In this document: one piece after another, positions 39,586-51,727 of the stretch
How the letters are laid out: the number at the start of each line of letters is the position of its first letter
How positions within the stretch are numbered: the stretch's first letter is position 1
Assembly: GCA_013239625.1 (NCBI GenBank)
Contig: MU053881.1
Span: 16,298,373 to 16,362,372 of the forward strand
From: Lama guanicoe
Lineage: Eukaryota
Direction: 5' to 3'
Length of the DNA: 64,000 bases
The notes under the pieces: model-generated
The model's database searches: none
Seen by the model: the letters and a program-made list of their open reading frames with translations, nothing else
What the model was told of the DNA's origin: nothing
Made by a program: the position numbers and the translations under genes

Positions 39586-40182
39586 CTGCAAAGGTGGAAG
39601 AGATGGGAGAGAGTGTGGTCAGCTTTACGTCATCAGCAGGATCGAACAAGGACCCTTAGGAGACACATTCCTGGGATGGGAACATTGGTTCTCAAGCTTA
39701 ACGTGTGCCAGAGTTACCTGGCATAACCGTAGACAACATGCAAACGAATGTGCTCGAGTGTGTTCCAATAATACTTTATTTACAAAAAACAAGCCGTGGG
39801 CCGGGTTTGGCCTGAGGACCGCAGTTTGCCAGAGTCTCCTGGGGGCTCACCAAAACCCACATGACTGGGCCCCGCCTCCAGAAGTTCCGATTCCGCACAT
39901 CCAGGTGGGGACCCCTGGGTTTGCATTTCCAGCACATTCTCAGGCGATGCTGAGGCTGCCGTTCCAGAGGTCGCACTGGCGTAGCACTGATTTAGCTGTG
40001 ATTAATCAATGAAACTGGTGTAGGCACCATAGAGATCGTGCGTGAGCAGCAGCTCCATCATAAAACAGTGCCACCAAACTCAAAAAGTTAACATGGCGTT
40101 ACATAGGACCTAGCAATTTTGCTCCTAGGTAGGAACCCACAAGAGTCAGGGAGGACCCCAGGGGGAGACCTGGCAGCCTCAC

Positions 40183-40480
40183 CTGACCGGTGGTAGCGGC
40201 GCCACTGCTCCTGGGTGATGAGGCCCAGCCTCCAGGCCTCCTGGGCTCCGGAACGCAGTGCAGAGTTCAGGGTGGCCTCCTCGGGCCCACGGGCCTCCCT
40301 GATGCCCAGGGACTGCAGCAGGTAGGTAGGGGGCACAGCGTTCTCGTCCTTCCGGAAGCGTCGTGCCACCAGCTCCAGGTCACGTGGCCTGGCAGTCAGC
40401 TGAGCCCTCAGTGCCTCCCACTCCTTCTCTTCAATCAGGGCGGGGAGGGGACAGGGGCCGTACTGATCACCTATGAGGGC
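40183..40480 (-). CDS. NWD1: NWD1 coding exon 4 (ALIGDQYG...QWRRYHRS)
   Basis: tctctgccag|GCC ... TCAG|gtgagg; 298 nt; within ORF 40088..40555. Confidence 0.95.
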
Positions 40481-40606
40481 CTGGCAGAGAGGGGAGGGGC
40501 ACGAGTTCAAATCTTGGCTTGGGCACTCAGCTCTGTGACCCTGGGCGAGGTACACCGTGCCCCTAAAACAGGCCTGCCAGTCATGCCACGGAGATAATTA
40601 TAGTAA

Positions 40607-41198
40607 TGTAAGCAGATAGGTTAGGAGGTCCCCAGAGAAGGAGAATCAGAAATAGCTTTCTTGACATAAGCGAAACCATTTTGGCCTAAACCATTTTGTT
40701 ATCTCAGCCCAGCCACAGTGCTGGCCCTTCAACGGGTCTCAATAATCAGTGATCTTAAGGGAAGTGAGGCAGTGCAGGAACAAAGGAAAAACAGTCAAGA
40801 AACAATAGTTCAGCAATAAAACACAATCCTAATTTCTCCTCAAGGGATATACATAAAGATCTGTCTTTGAGTTCTGCAGGAATTAAGACCCCACACCCAC
40901 GTAGGGGATGGAATGATGCTGTTGATCCCCCAGACTTCAATCAACTAAAGCTTGGACTCTGTCGACCTTTGCCCCAATTCTATGCTGAATTCTATTCTAC
41001 TCAAGCTCCTTTATGAATATGCATACCCTCTTCACTTAAAAATTCCCCAATGTTGCTGTTCAGGGAGACACTGCTTTGGGAAAGGTCCCCAGTGATCTCC
41101 TCACTTGCTGCAAGTAATAATAAATCCTTCTCCTGATCTTCGGCTTGGTTGTGCCCCTTGGGTCACCACCAAGAGGCGAGCCCAGGTTTCAGGTAACA
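40607..41198 (+). mobile_element. solo ERV LTR (ERV1-like)
   Basis: TGTAAG...GTAACA, AATAAA 41119-41124, near TSD GTAA/TTAA; shares an internal segment with the LTR at 42971. Confidence 0.75.
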
Positions 41199-42045
41199 TT
41201 AAGAAGTGCAGGCAGAGCCTTAGAGGACCTTCATACAGAGGCACCTGAGAGCACGGGACATGGGACAAGTAAATTTTGAATCTGATGGAGCACTAAGTAT
41301 CACAGAACCTTTTGCTGGAAAACTCCTGTGGTTTTGTGGGGCTGAATAATGGCAGAATGGAAGTGGTTCGAGGTCATGGGTTTAAGAGTCAACCAGGAAA
41401 GGGAGATGGTTAGATCCGAGCACAGAACCTCTGAGTTCTGAGCACAATCATCCCCCAGATCTATACTGAGCCAAGCCCATCACAGCTGCTCAACAGACAT
41501 CAGGACATCAGTGACCAAGACAGTCTTGGTCCTAGACCAAGGAGTCTTTAACAGAAGCTGGCATCAATCTAAGAATTGCACCAGTGTCAAAACTGCAGCT
41601 GTCAGAGCACTAGGAAGAGAGGGTAAGGTGGGTTACAAGTGGGCTGTGGAGTCACAGAAATTCCCCTGAGGGCATGAGGATCAAGCTGCAGAATAAGACA
41701 TGAGAAGGAGTGCCCTGGATAGAGCAGTTGGCAAGCAGGGGAACAGCACGTACAAAGACCCTGGGGCAGGAAGTGTGGCAAAGGACCAGTACCCAAAAGC
41801 TGGGGTAGCTAAAGCACTGACAAGGAGGGGGCAGTAAAGAGAGATAAGGCCATCTGCTGGGAAGATTTTGTAGGGCTTGGTGAGATCTTAAGATTTTGAT
41901 CTTACTGCTGAGAACACTAGGAGGCTCTCTTTCTGCCCCAGCATGCTTGGAGAAGGTGCAAACTGGAACACCAGAGAATTAGGCTGGAGGAGGCCAAGGA
42001 CCTCAGGCTCAAAGTCTTGAGTTTCCTCATTATGTAAAATGGAAG

Positions 42046-42675
42046 TGTTGGGAAAATGGGGCTCAAGAGGATAATCATGTCCCAGGTCTCAGGCAAGTCC
42101 CCGGGACGCACCTCGCCAAGTGAGGGTCCTTGGCTTCGTGCAGGAAAGAATTCAAGAGCGAGCCATAGTAAAGTTGAAAGCAAGTTTATTTGGGGAGATA
42201 CACACTCCATAGACAGAATGTGGGCTGTCTCAGAAAGCAAGTGAGGCCCCGGGAGATTCGGTTGTCTTGGAAGTTGAGAGCAGCCTAGGAGATACACATT
42301 CCATAGGCAGAATGTGAGCCATCTCAAAAGGAGAGAGGCCCCAGGGTGCGGGGTGGTCAGTGTTTATGGGCTGGGTAATTTCACCTGCTAACAAGTGGGA
42401 GGATTATTCTGGGGAAGTGGAGGGGATTTTCTGGAATTGGGCTACCACCCACTTTTTGGCCTTTTACAGTCAGCCTTGGAACTGTCATGGCACCTGTGGG
42501 TGTGTCATTTAGCATGCTAATGTATTATAATGAGCATATAATGAGGCTTAAAGTCTACTGGAAGTCAAATCTTCCACCATCTTGGGCTTACCTGGTTCTA
42601 ATCAATTTATGTCTATCCTCAATGACTGTGTCATTCTTTTAATGGTTTTGTCCTGCCCCCTTCCCTCCTGTCTCA
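42046..42675 (-). mobile_element. solo ERV LTR nested in a MIR-like element
   Basis: TG...CA ends, perfect 4-bp TSD GAAG (42042-42045, 42676-42679), minus-strand AATAAA at 42185-42190, internal ~95-bp tandem duplication. Confidence 0.82.
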
Positions 42676-42970
42676 GAAGCAATCACCCCTCCCCTCTTCA
42701 TTAGGTTGTTTCAGAATATTCAAGGCGTGTGCATCCAGGAAACTTGGATAAATAGAATCTATGATGATGGGATGTTGAAGAGGATGCTACTCTCCAGGGG
42801 CCCTTCCCTGCAAGAAGAGCCTTGGAGGAGCAAAAGGAGTTGAAAAAGGCTTAGTTAGCCAGCCAACCACAAACCAGAGGTCTCGGGAAGGAGACAGATG
42901 GTACAAGGTGCTCCTGTATGTAGGACAAGAGCAAGGGGAATGGGAGGAACTTGAGAGAAAATCAAGAAGC

Positions 42971-43673
42971 TGTAACTGAGCAGGACCCTACAGGGCCTTC
43001 CTGGGACAGACCCCCCCCCCCACCTCCGACATCCTCTGCCTGCCTCTTGTCTGTAGAAGTACTTTAGCCAAAGAATAAATTTAATCAGAGAAGTGAGAAA
43101 GTGCAGAAGCAAAGGAAAATAGCCAAACAAGACAAAATAATAACAGTTCAGCCCTTAAGCAAAGTCAAGGAATTTAGCTCCTCCTCAAGGGCTATGGATA
43201 ATATTCTAAGCCACATCCTAAGGGCTGTTCTGCAGATAGTGAAACCCCCACCAGGTGGAAGAAGTTATCTGTGTGATGACCAGACTAGTGGTGACATAAG
43301 CTGCTCCCCGCACAGTTCAGAAAACTGGCTTCAAGGGAATGGGAACAAATTGACCCTGGAGTTGAAGATTAACCAGACTTAAAACAGTCAAGATGACGCT
43401 GATCAGACCACTGCATGACCAGTTTCAAGATGACTGTCAGAGCTAACTGTGCTGTTCTGCAAGTAGCCTCCCCCAGCCCCCAGGCTTGTGCGCCCCTGAA
43501 ACTCCCCTTTAAAAACTCTTGCTCCCTGAGCAACAGGGAGTGTTGGTTCTTTGGGACATGAGTCTGCCTTCTCCCCAGACTTCCTCAATAAAGCTATCTT
43601 TCCCTTTACACACCACTTGTTTCTCAGTATTGGATTCTTGAATAATGAGCAATGAAACCTGAGTTTGGTAACA
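42971..43673 (+). mobile_element. solo ERV LTR (ERV1-like)
   Basis: TGTAAC...GTAACA, AATAAA 43587-43592, near TSD AAGC/GAGC. Confidence 0.78.
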
Positions 43674-44444
43674 GAGCCACCAGGAGCAATTCTCTGGAGA
43701 CGCTGGAGTTGCAGGTGGCCCGAGAGACCCAGAGCCTCTAGAAGGAAGTGCCATGGGGAGCTGTCCCCTGTTGCACTGCCTAATGACTTATTTACTGGAG
43801 AGATACCTCTCCAAGGGGCTCCACCACATCTCTGATTGTTTGTGGAAAGCACCCCAAATCAGAGCCACTAAAGGAGAATGATGCCATAACTCTTGGGAGA
43901 TAGAGGGGAGATGTCTGCTTCAAGAGGAAAGTAGGAAGTGGGTAGAGGTCAGCCTGCAGCCCAAGGAACCCTTCTGGAAGGATGTGCAAAGTCCCTGGGC
44001 CGGTGGGGCCTGGCGGATGCTCAGAGATCATCCTCCCTCCTGTCCCTCATGCCACCAGGAAGCTGCGTTGTGCTTTTGGCCGCCTGCAATTTGGGTTGCA
44101 AAATCAAATTCCTCCTGGAGTTCTTTTTCTCCCCATCTCCTCTTTTTCTTTACAGTTTTTTTTTTCCTTTTCTTTTTCCCTTTGACATTCAACAAAATGA
44201 TCAATCATCAGGTTCATTTGAAAAATGAAATTAGCAGGCTGGAAACAAAATTTTGTGCAGTTGATGCACAAGCCAGAGGGTAGAGCCTTTCAAACATTAG
44301 GATGTATTTTAAAGCAATAATAATTTTTAAAAAGTGATGCAAACTTCCAGTTACAAGATTAATTAGTCCTGGGATGTAATGCACAACATGACGACTGTAG
44401 TTAACACTGCTGTAGGGTATATTTGGGTTTTTTTGTTTGGTTGG

Positions 44445-44897
44445 GTGGTTTTTATTTGAAGTATAATTGATCTACAATGCTGTGTTAGTTTCTGGTGTAC
44501 AGTATAGTGATTCAGTTATATATATATATACTTTTTCATATTCTTTTTCTTTATAGGTTATTATAAGATATTGAATATAGTTCCCTATGCTATACAGTTA
44601 AAACCTTGTTGTTTATCTGTTTTAGATATAGGAGTGTCTGTGAATCTCAAACTCCTAATTTATCCCTTTCCCTCCTTCCCCTTTGGTAACCATAAGTTTG
44701 TTTTCTATATCTGTGAGTTTGCTTCTGTTTTGTAAATAAGTTCATATGTGTCATTTTTTTAAGATCCCACATATAAGTAATATCATGTGATATTTGTCTT
44801 TGTCTGTCTCGCTTACTTCATTTAGTATGACAACCTCTAGGTCCATCCATGTTCCTGCAAATGGCATTATTTCATTCTTTTTTATAGCTGAGTCATA
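44445..44897 (-). mobile_element. L1 3' fragment nested in an older L1
   Basis: TTGAAGTATAATTGATCTACAATG...; direct repeat TGTAGGGTATATTTG on both sides. Confidence 0.7.
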
Positions 44898-46640
44898 TGT
44901 AGGGTATATTTGAAAACTGTTAAGAGAGTAGACCCCTAACGTTCTCATCACAAGGGGAAAAAGCCTTTTTTCCCTTTTTCTTTCTTTTGAATCTATATAA
45001 GCTGATGGGTGTTAACTAAACATACTTAATGATCATTTCACAATGTACGTAAGTCACCATGCTGTACACTTTAAACTCAGGCAGTGCTGGATGTCAATCA
45101 TATCTCAATAAAATCGGAAAAAGAAGAAAAGGTGACACCAATAAACAAAGAAAAGTGTAGAAGAAAAGAATGAAAACACAAGCCCGATTGTACAGATGAA
45201 ACTTGATACGAAGTGAAGAAAGAAAGCCTGCTGCCCAGGTTTTAGTATTTTTTAGTGAGACCTAATCTCTAAGGCAGCACTAAAACCTTCGGCAACGCCG
45301 GAAGTGATCTTACCCGTGCTGTCCAGCGTGGTGGCCACTTGACACATGCGGCTACTGAACCACTGCAGTGTGGCCAGTGCAACCAAGGAATTGAACATTT
45401 TAATTCTACTTGATTTGCATTAATTTAAATTTAAATCACCACATGTGGTTCGTGGCTACCACACGGGACAGTGCAATTTTTCAGGCCAAACAGATTTCAC
45501 CTATTTGTCTTTAATTCCCTAGAAAACAGCTCTTAATGGGACCCACTCTCGCCTACTTCCCACATTCTTATCTCCAGGAGAGGTTCAAGAGGATTTTTCT
45601 TTTTATTGGGAGCTTGCTAAAAGCTTCTTGGTGACTAAGCAAGTGTGTTTGAGCAGAGAATACTTTGACTTTTTCCCTCTTTACTTTCTAGGACAGGGGT
45701 GGACAAACTTTTTCCATCAAGGGCCAAACTCAGTATTTTCAGCTTTGCAAGCTGGAAGGTTTCTGTAGCAACTACTCAGCTCTGCCATTGTAGCTGGAAA
45801 GCAGCCTTGGGTGATATGTAAATGAATATTTACTATTTATATATTTGTGTGGTATCTACATATTCATGAAACATTTACATGTTCATGTATATTTACATAT
45901 TCATGTAATGTGTGGTTGTGTGCCAATGAAGCTTTATTTACAAAAATACGTAGGGGGCTGGATTTGCCTCATGGGCTATGGTGTGCTGACCCTTGCTCTA
46001 GGATTTATGAGCCAAAATGCCATAGTTCCTGGTATATCTGGAACTTGACGGTGTAATAAATCAAAACTCTGGAATATCATTTGCTGATCATAACTCACAC
46101 TGTTCACTGTGAGCTGGGGATTGTTCTGGTGTCAGAGGGAGGGTAGCTGAGGGGGAGAGAAGACTCCGTATCGTGGAAAAATTGGCCTCGCCTGGGGTCA
46201 GAGGAAGTTTTCCCTCGAGGTAGGCTCCAGATAGGGCCACAGAGCCTGCTCCCAAAACCATAGAGCCCATATCCTGTAGATTTCCACCTTCTCTACAGTT
46301 TTCTACAATGTCAAAGTTACCTAGACAAAGTAGAGGAGGTGGGAAAGCTGGGGAAAGGTTCAGAGCAATTCTAAGATGCCTTTGGGCTTCAACATTCTGC
46401 TCTCCAACTCACCTGCTGCTTCCACTTGACTGCTAATGTTTGGATCCCATCTAGCTCTGCAGAAAAATGAGTTCTGTGATCCATTAGCAATGCCTGCCAC
46501 AGGCAGGCTATGGAGACTGGGTATGATAGCAGAAATGCCACCCACTTCCCTCCACTGACAGGTCTGGCTGAGAAGTAGGGGCCATATCCTGGTGTTAGAA
46601 CAAGAAGTAAGAGCTAATCCATCCCTCCCAGGAGACTCAC

Positions 46641-46757
46641 AACAAAAGCTGGCCCTATGGATGTTTTCCGACACCGGTCAAGCTCCTCCAAGCAGAGTTC
46701 CGTGGTCATGTGGTCAGTGGCCTCGCTGTTCCTAATTCCCCACCTCAGATCAACCAC
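46641..46757 (-). CDS. NWD1: NWD1 coding exon 3 (VVDLRWGIRNSEATDHMTTELCLEELDRCRKTSIGPAFV)
   Basis: tttccag|GTG ... GTT|gtgagt; 117 nt, phase 0/0. Absent from the ORF track, translated by hand; carries the DLRWG motif of DUF4062-like domains. Confidence 0.95.
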
Positions 46758-48510
46758 CTGGAAATTGCAAGCGTGGGTTTGTCAGGAAGGTGACAGGATG
46801 GCTGGGTTTGTTTGTTTGTTTCAATTCCCTTTGACAAAGGCAACGTTTCTTTTAATAATTTTTGACAGCCTCTCCCCAAAGAAGGATGTCTGGATTAAAA
46901 GAACTTGAATGATGCCCATAATCTCAGTGTAATCATGAGAAAAATATCAGACAGATCCAGACTGGGGACATCCCACAGGACACCTGAGGAGTCCTTTCCA
47001 AAACTGTGATGGTCAGCAGTGCAAAGGAAAAAAACTGAGAAGCAGTCTCAGATCAGTGTAGACTGGGAAGCCTTGACAACTAAACGCAACAGGGTTCCGG
47101 GGCCAGGGGCCTCGACCAGAGAGGACATGAATGTTAGACCTGGTGATAGCCAAGTATCACCTAGAGGTTGGTTATTGGTAATGTACTGATGTCCATTATT
47201 AGTTATGACAAATATACCCTGATAATGGAAGATGTTCACAATAGGGGGAAAAGTGGGGCATATGTAGGCAACTTTTCTGCAAAACTAAACTCCAAAATCC
47301 AGTTTTCTTAAAAACATTAAAAAAAATTTTTTAAAAAAACTTGGACATTTTCGAGCTGTTCCTTTTTAAACAAGGACATGCCCACACTTGTTTGCAAAGC
47401 TTTCTTTGCAAAGGAGTGTTTTTGTTTGGCTAAAATCAGATGTGGCAAAGTCTCCTTGGCAACCACACACTTGCGGTCCAATTTTGCCTGCTGGCTGGAG
47501 GGGACCCAGGCAAAATGGTCCAATTCAAGTAGTGAAGCTGACCCCGTGGAAAGCTGGGCTGAAGAGAGGGGGATGGGATTCAGAATGGTCCCTGCCTCCC
47601 TAAATTCTTTGGTCCAGAGGGAAAGACATAAAATTCTTAATAAACTACAGCATGGGGTAAAAGGACTACAATTCTGCAGGTGGCTGGAGGAGGAAAAGGA
47701 GAAGGGGAAAGAGTCAGCCACCAGCTTCGGCCAAGAACCTTGGTCTCTCCCCACCACCATCCTGAGGATGTTTACTGTGTTTGCCACACAGCACCAGGTG
47801 GATATTAACAGAATGAGCATGGGGCATTTCATCTGTTCTCAGCGCCTATGTTCTCCTTTTTAGTCCCTCTGCCGTTGAACTATGTCTCAAGATCAGAGGC
47901 AGGCAGAGCGGAATTCCCATCACAGCCCTGCTGCTTTCTTAGTAACATAAAAATGATGGTGGGAGCCGTTGATGCAATGAATCACCATCATAAATGGCAA
48001 AGAGGCAGCGTCAGCTGAAGCCGAGATGCCAAAGATGGTTTGTCAGTTTCGGCTTTGAGCCGTGGAGGCAGTGGCATCCCCACCCTGGGACTGGTGCATG
48101 AGTCGTAGGAGACTCTGGGGCCAGTGGTGACTGCTCAGCTGGTACACCATTTGCGTCCCAGAAAAAAGGTGCGTCTCACCTCCACGACCCTCTTCCCCCC
48201 ACCCCCAAGAACATCCCAGGGCCCTCTTACACGCCCCCCTGAAGATGCCCCAGTGCAGGGAGAGCGGGGGTGCAGGATAAAACAACAAAAGTGACATGTC
48301 CATGGAGCAGGGGTCTCAAGGCATCCACTCCTAGCACTGTGTCACACCGCCCCTGCTGACCACGATGCCCATGTGGTGATCCCTCCTGTCTTTTACAGAG
48401 ACTTTCATCTCCGTGGTGCATCACCAGCTCGGAGCCCCTCTGAGCAAAGGGTCCCGTATGACACCCTCGTTCCCTGACAGTGAGGCAGTGAGGGGCCAGC
48501 AGGCAATTAC

Positions 48511-48596
48511 CTCGAACATCAGGCCGTGCTTCTGGCAGAATGTCTGCACTTCGGGGTAGGCAGAGCTCTGTAGGGCTTCCCTCTCTGCATCCATGT
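48511..48596 (-). CDS. NWD1: NWD1 coding exon 2 (DMDAEREALQSSAYPEVQTFCQKHGLMFE)
   Basis: ttccttgcag|AC ... GAG|gtaatt; 86 nt, phase 1 to 0. Confidence 0.92.
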
Positions 48597-49054
48597 CTGC
48601 AAGGAACAGCATGGAGGATGAATTGGAAGAACCCAGAAATCTTCCCTGGCCCAAAGCTCTATTTTTAGCTTCATTTGCTTCCACCAAGGCTGTGCCCCTC
48701 CACTGGCAAATCAAAAGATACAAAAAGCACGAGGTCAACCACGCCAGGGACTTTGCTGGTGTTAGTGCTAAAACCGACACTCCAGGAAATCCCTTAAACC
48801 CAGCTAACCAGGACGGTTGGTCATTTTAGGTTAGGGCTACCAGATAAAATACTGGACTCCCAGTTGATTTGCATTTCAGATAAACAGTGAAAGATCTGAC
48901 AGCATAATCATAGCCCATTCTGTGGATTCCAGAATTTGCATTTCTGATAAGCCCTGTTCATTTTGCATTTGAGATAAACAACAAATCATTTGTTAGCGTA
49001 AGTATGTCCCTTTCTGCGCACTGTTTGGGATATGCTTTTTTAACCTTTAAAAAA

Positions 49055-49172
49055 TTTTTTTGGTGGCAGTGATTAGTTTTATTTATATATTTTTAATGGA
49101 GGCACTAGGGATTGAACCCAGGACCTCATGTATGCTAAGCATGCGCTCTACCACTGAGCTATACTCTCCCGC
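49055..49172 (-). mobile_element. tRNA-derived SINE (Vic-1-like) inserted in a MER53-like MITE
   Basis: GGGATTGAACCCAGGACCTC...CTACCACTGAGCTATAC; flanking TGTTTGG(G/A)ATAT(G/A)CTT repeats. Confidence 0.75.
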
Positions 49173-50819
49173 CTTGTTTGGAATATACTTATACTAAAAG
49201 ATTACTCGTTGTATGTCTCAAATGCAGATTGAACTGTGTGTCTTGGTTTTGTTGTTACTGTTTGGGTTTGGATTTTTTTTCATTTTTTTTTCATTGAAGT
49301 ATAGTTGAGTTACAGTGTTGTGTTAGCCTCTGGTGTATAGCATGGTGATGATTTTTTTATTTTTGCTAAATCTGGCGTCCCTATTAAACCTGGACTCTTA
49401 AGACTTTTTCCCATCCCTGACTTCACTGTGCCAAGTGTCAAGCTAGCCTCAGTTTCCCTTCTCTGTAAAATGGGGGTGCTGCCCTTACAGGTCTGCAAGC
49501 TCTCCAAAGTCAAGAACCTCTGCTCATCTAGGTCATTGCTAATTTCTCTGCACTCAACACAGGCGCTCACTAAATGTTGGTGGAACCACTGAGGCTTACA
49601 AGTAAAAGCATTTACTGCAACATAGGTATTCAAGAGGCATTTGTTTTCTCCATGTAGCCAGGGAAAAGTCACTTTAGTGTCCATGCAAGGACTCCCAAAG
49701 CCACTGGTACAAAGAAGTTTCCCAGTCCCCAGCACAGGACCTGATCTGGATGCCAATCTTAGGATCTGTCTCCTACCCTCTTCCCATGGCTGTCTTATAA
49801 ATTCCACAGATAATTTACACTTGACCATAAAATATCGACTCGGAAGTTACTTTATGCCCAGACACTGCCAAGTATCAAGGGCACAATGACAAATAAGGCC
49901 TACGTGGACAGCACGGTATACCAGAGCCGGGCCCCTGCTGGCCTGGGAGAGCTGATTGCTAAATCATCAGGAATTTTGTCCAAACCGCCACTAAGAAAAA
50001 TGAAACCACCTGAACTTAGGATGGAACACATTGTAGTAAAAGTGGAAATCACAAATACTCAGAACTCATCACTTCTACATTATTTTACTACATTTGACCA
50101 TGAGTTTGTTTACAACTAGGGACTTCGTGTTTGGAAAATCTTAGAGAATGCTGAGCTACCACACATCTCTGCCCTGACTCTGTGTTTATAAAGCCACACT
50201 GGCAGCTGGAAATTGACCATGGTGGGAGAATTTACACCACGGAAATTGGCAGGCAGTATGAGTCAGGTGTTTTGGTGGTTTTTTCTGTTTAATTTTGGAG
50301 GACAGATTATTAAAAATTTATCAGCACACATCATGTCGTCTTTCCCTTCATGGAACTTACAGCCTGGTTGGAGGACTCAGGCATTAAATAAACACTGAAA
50401 CTGAATAACTACAGCTGATGGGGCCTGGGGCTTCATGAGTTCCAGGACTTGCTGGAGCCCAGTGTGATGACAACACGTGGGCAAGGTGAGAATCACACCA
50501 GGTGAAGTTGGGGAGTGAGGAGGGTCCAGTCATGCAGTTTTGCAGCTGTAGGAAGACTCTGGGATTTTTATGCCTAGCATATAGAATGCTCATCATTAAT
50601 AATAGTTGAAATATTGTTTGCCACTCCCAACAACTCTATCAAGTCAGGCTCTGAACCTGCCTTATCGAGGAGGAAACAGAGGGTCAGAGAGGCTCTCCAC
50701 CAGTCCCTGCATGGGTCACTGATCTGGCTGCATTCACATCCAGGTCTCTTAGAAGACCCTGCGAGCCCTTCCCATTACCCTGGCACTCCCTGAGCTCCCA
50801 GCCCAGCCCTGCCCCTTAC

Positions 50820-50937
50820 CTGAGACTGTAGAGCTGATGAAGATGGCCACGCTGCTGGATGGAGGCACCGGCAAGGGGCCTGCCTGACCCTGGAGAAGCC
50901 GCCGGCGGGTGCCCGGGCTGAGGGGGCTGATGCTCAT
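50820..50937 (-). CDS. NWD1: NWD1 coding exon 1 (candidate start; MSISPLSPGTRRRLLQGQAGPLPVPPSSSVAIFISSTVS)
   Basis: ATG at 50937 in GGCAGCATGA context (A at -3). Strong donor TCAG|gtaagg, phase 1, joins next exon as G|AC=Asp. Possible acceptor ctgtccag| 13 nt upstream (exon start ~50950). Confidence 0.75.
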
Positions 50938-51512
50938 GCTGCCCGCCCACCTGGACAGTCCTTCCCAGGAACGGGCCTGGACCTCAGAGACCGCACACCA
51001 GCAGCCAGATGGCCTTCCCGAGAGGCCAGTCGGGCAGGGCCATCTGGAGTGGGGCACCTGTCTCACCCTCTGAGGCCCCCTGTCACCTCCAGTGCCCCTG
51101 GGGAGCTGAACCAGCAGCTGTCCACTGATCTGCTTGGTCTGCCAGCATCAGCAGGGGGATGTTGGACAGTGGCCACCCACCCAAGACCTCTGGATGTTGG
51201 CTCCTCCAGGCACTAGAGCCTTTTACCCCTCAAACAACAGCTCCTCGCTCCGGGAGCTCAGCGCTCACCACAGCAACTGTGGTTTCCTGGCGCTCGGCGT
51301 TGGGGACCAGCCAGCCTCCCGAACACCTGCGTCCCCAGGGGCTCCATGAAAGTTGAGCCTGGGCCCAGGTGTGCAAAGGGAGGCAGTGGGATGCTGGGAG
51401 CCGTGCCCAGCTCTGGGCCTGAAGGATGAGCACTTAGTGGGAGCCCCTACCCCATCTTGAACTCATTGTCCCCTCCAATGACCTTCTGGCCACCAGGTGT
51501 ACTAGTTAAGCC

Positions 51513-51727
51513 AGCAATTCTCAGCTGGGGGCCATTCTTCTCCCCTACCCCCCAGGGGACATTGCAATGTCTGGAGACATTTTTGGTTGTCATGACTGGG
51601 GGAGGGGGAGCTACTGGCATCTATTGGGTGGAGCTCAGGGATGCTGCTTAACACCCCACGATGCACAGGATGGTGCCACCACAGAGAATGATCTGTCTCC
51701 AAATGTCAGCAGTGCTGAGAAACCAAC
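51513..51727 (+). mobile_element. MER20-like
   Basis: CCCAGGGGACATTGCAATGTCTGGAGACATTTTTGGTTGTCATGACTGGGG. Confidence 0.8.

Larger units (their letters stand above)
1..50937 (-). other. NWD1: NWD1 gene body (coding span, 3' end truncated by window): NACHT and WD repeat domain-containing protein 1
   Basis: 17 minus-strand exons with canonical splice sites and consistent phases join into one 1435-codon open frame. It carries Walker A GPPGIGKT, Walker B-like LVILLDSVDE and WD40-type repeats, and closely resembles mammalian NWD1 as recalled. Confidence 0.97.

Noticed and set aside
39257..40012. 251-aa plus-strand ORF
   Set aside because: Antisense to the GC-rich NACHT exon and continuing into DNA-transposon remnants.
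47317..47863. Overlapping 171-aa and 161-aa ORFs on opposite strands in intron 2
   Set aside because: No recognisable domain or splice context; consistent with chance ORFs.
50938..51066. In-frame upstream extension of exon 1 from a GTG start in the ORF track
   Set aside because: Non-ATG start with no recognisable motif; a plausible splice acceptor lies at ~50950.
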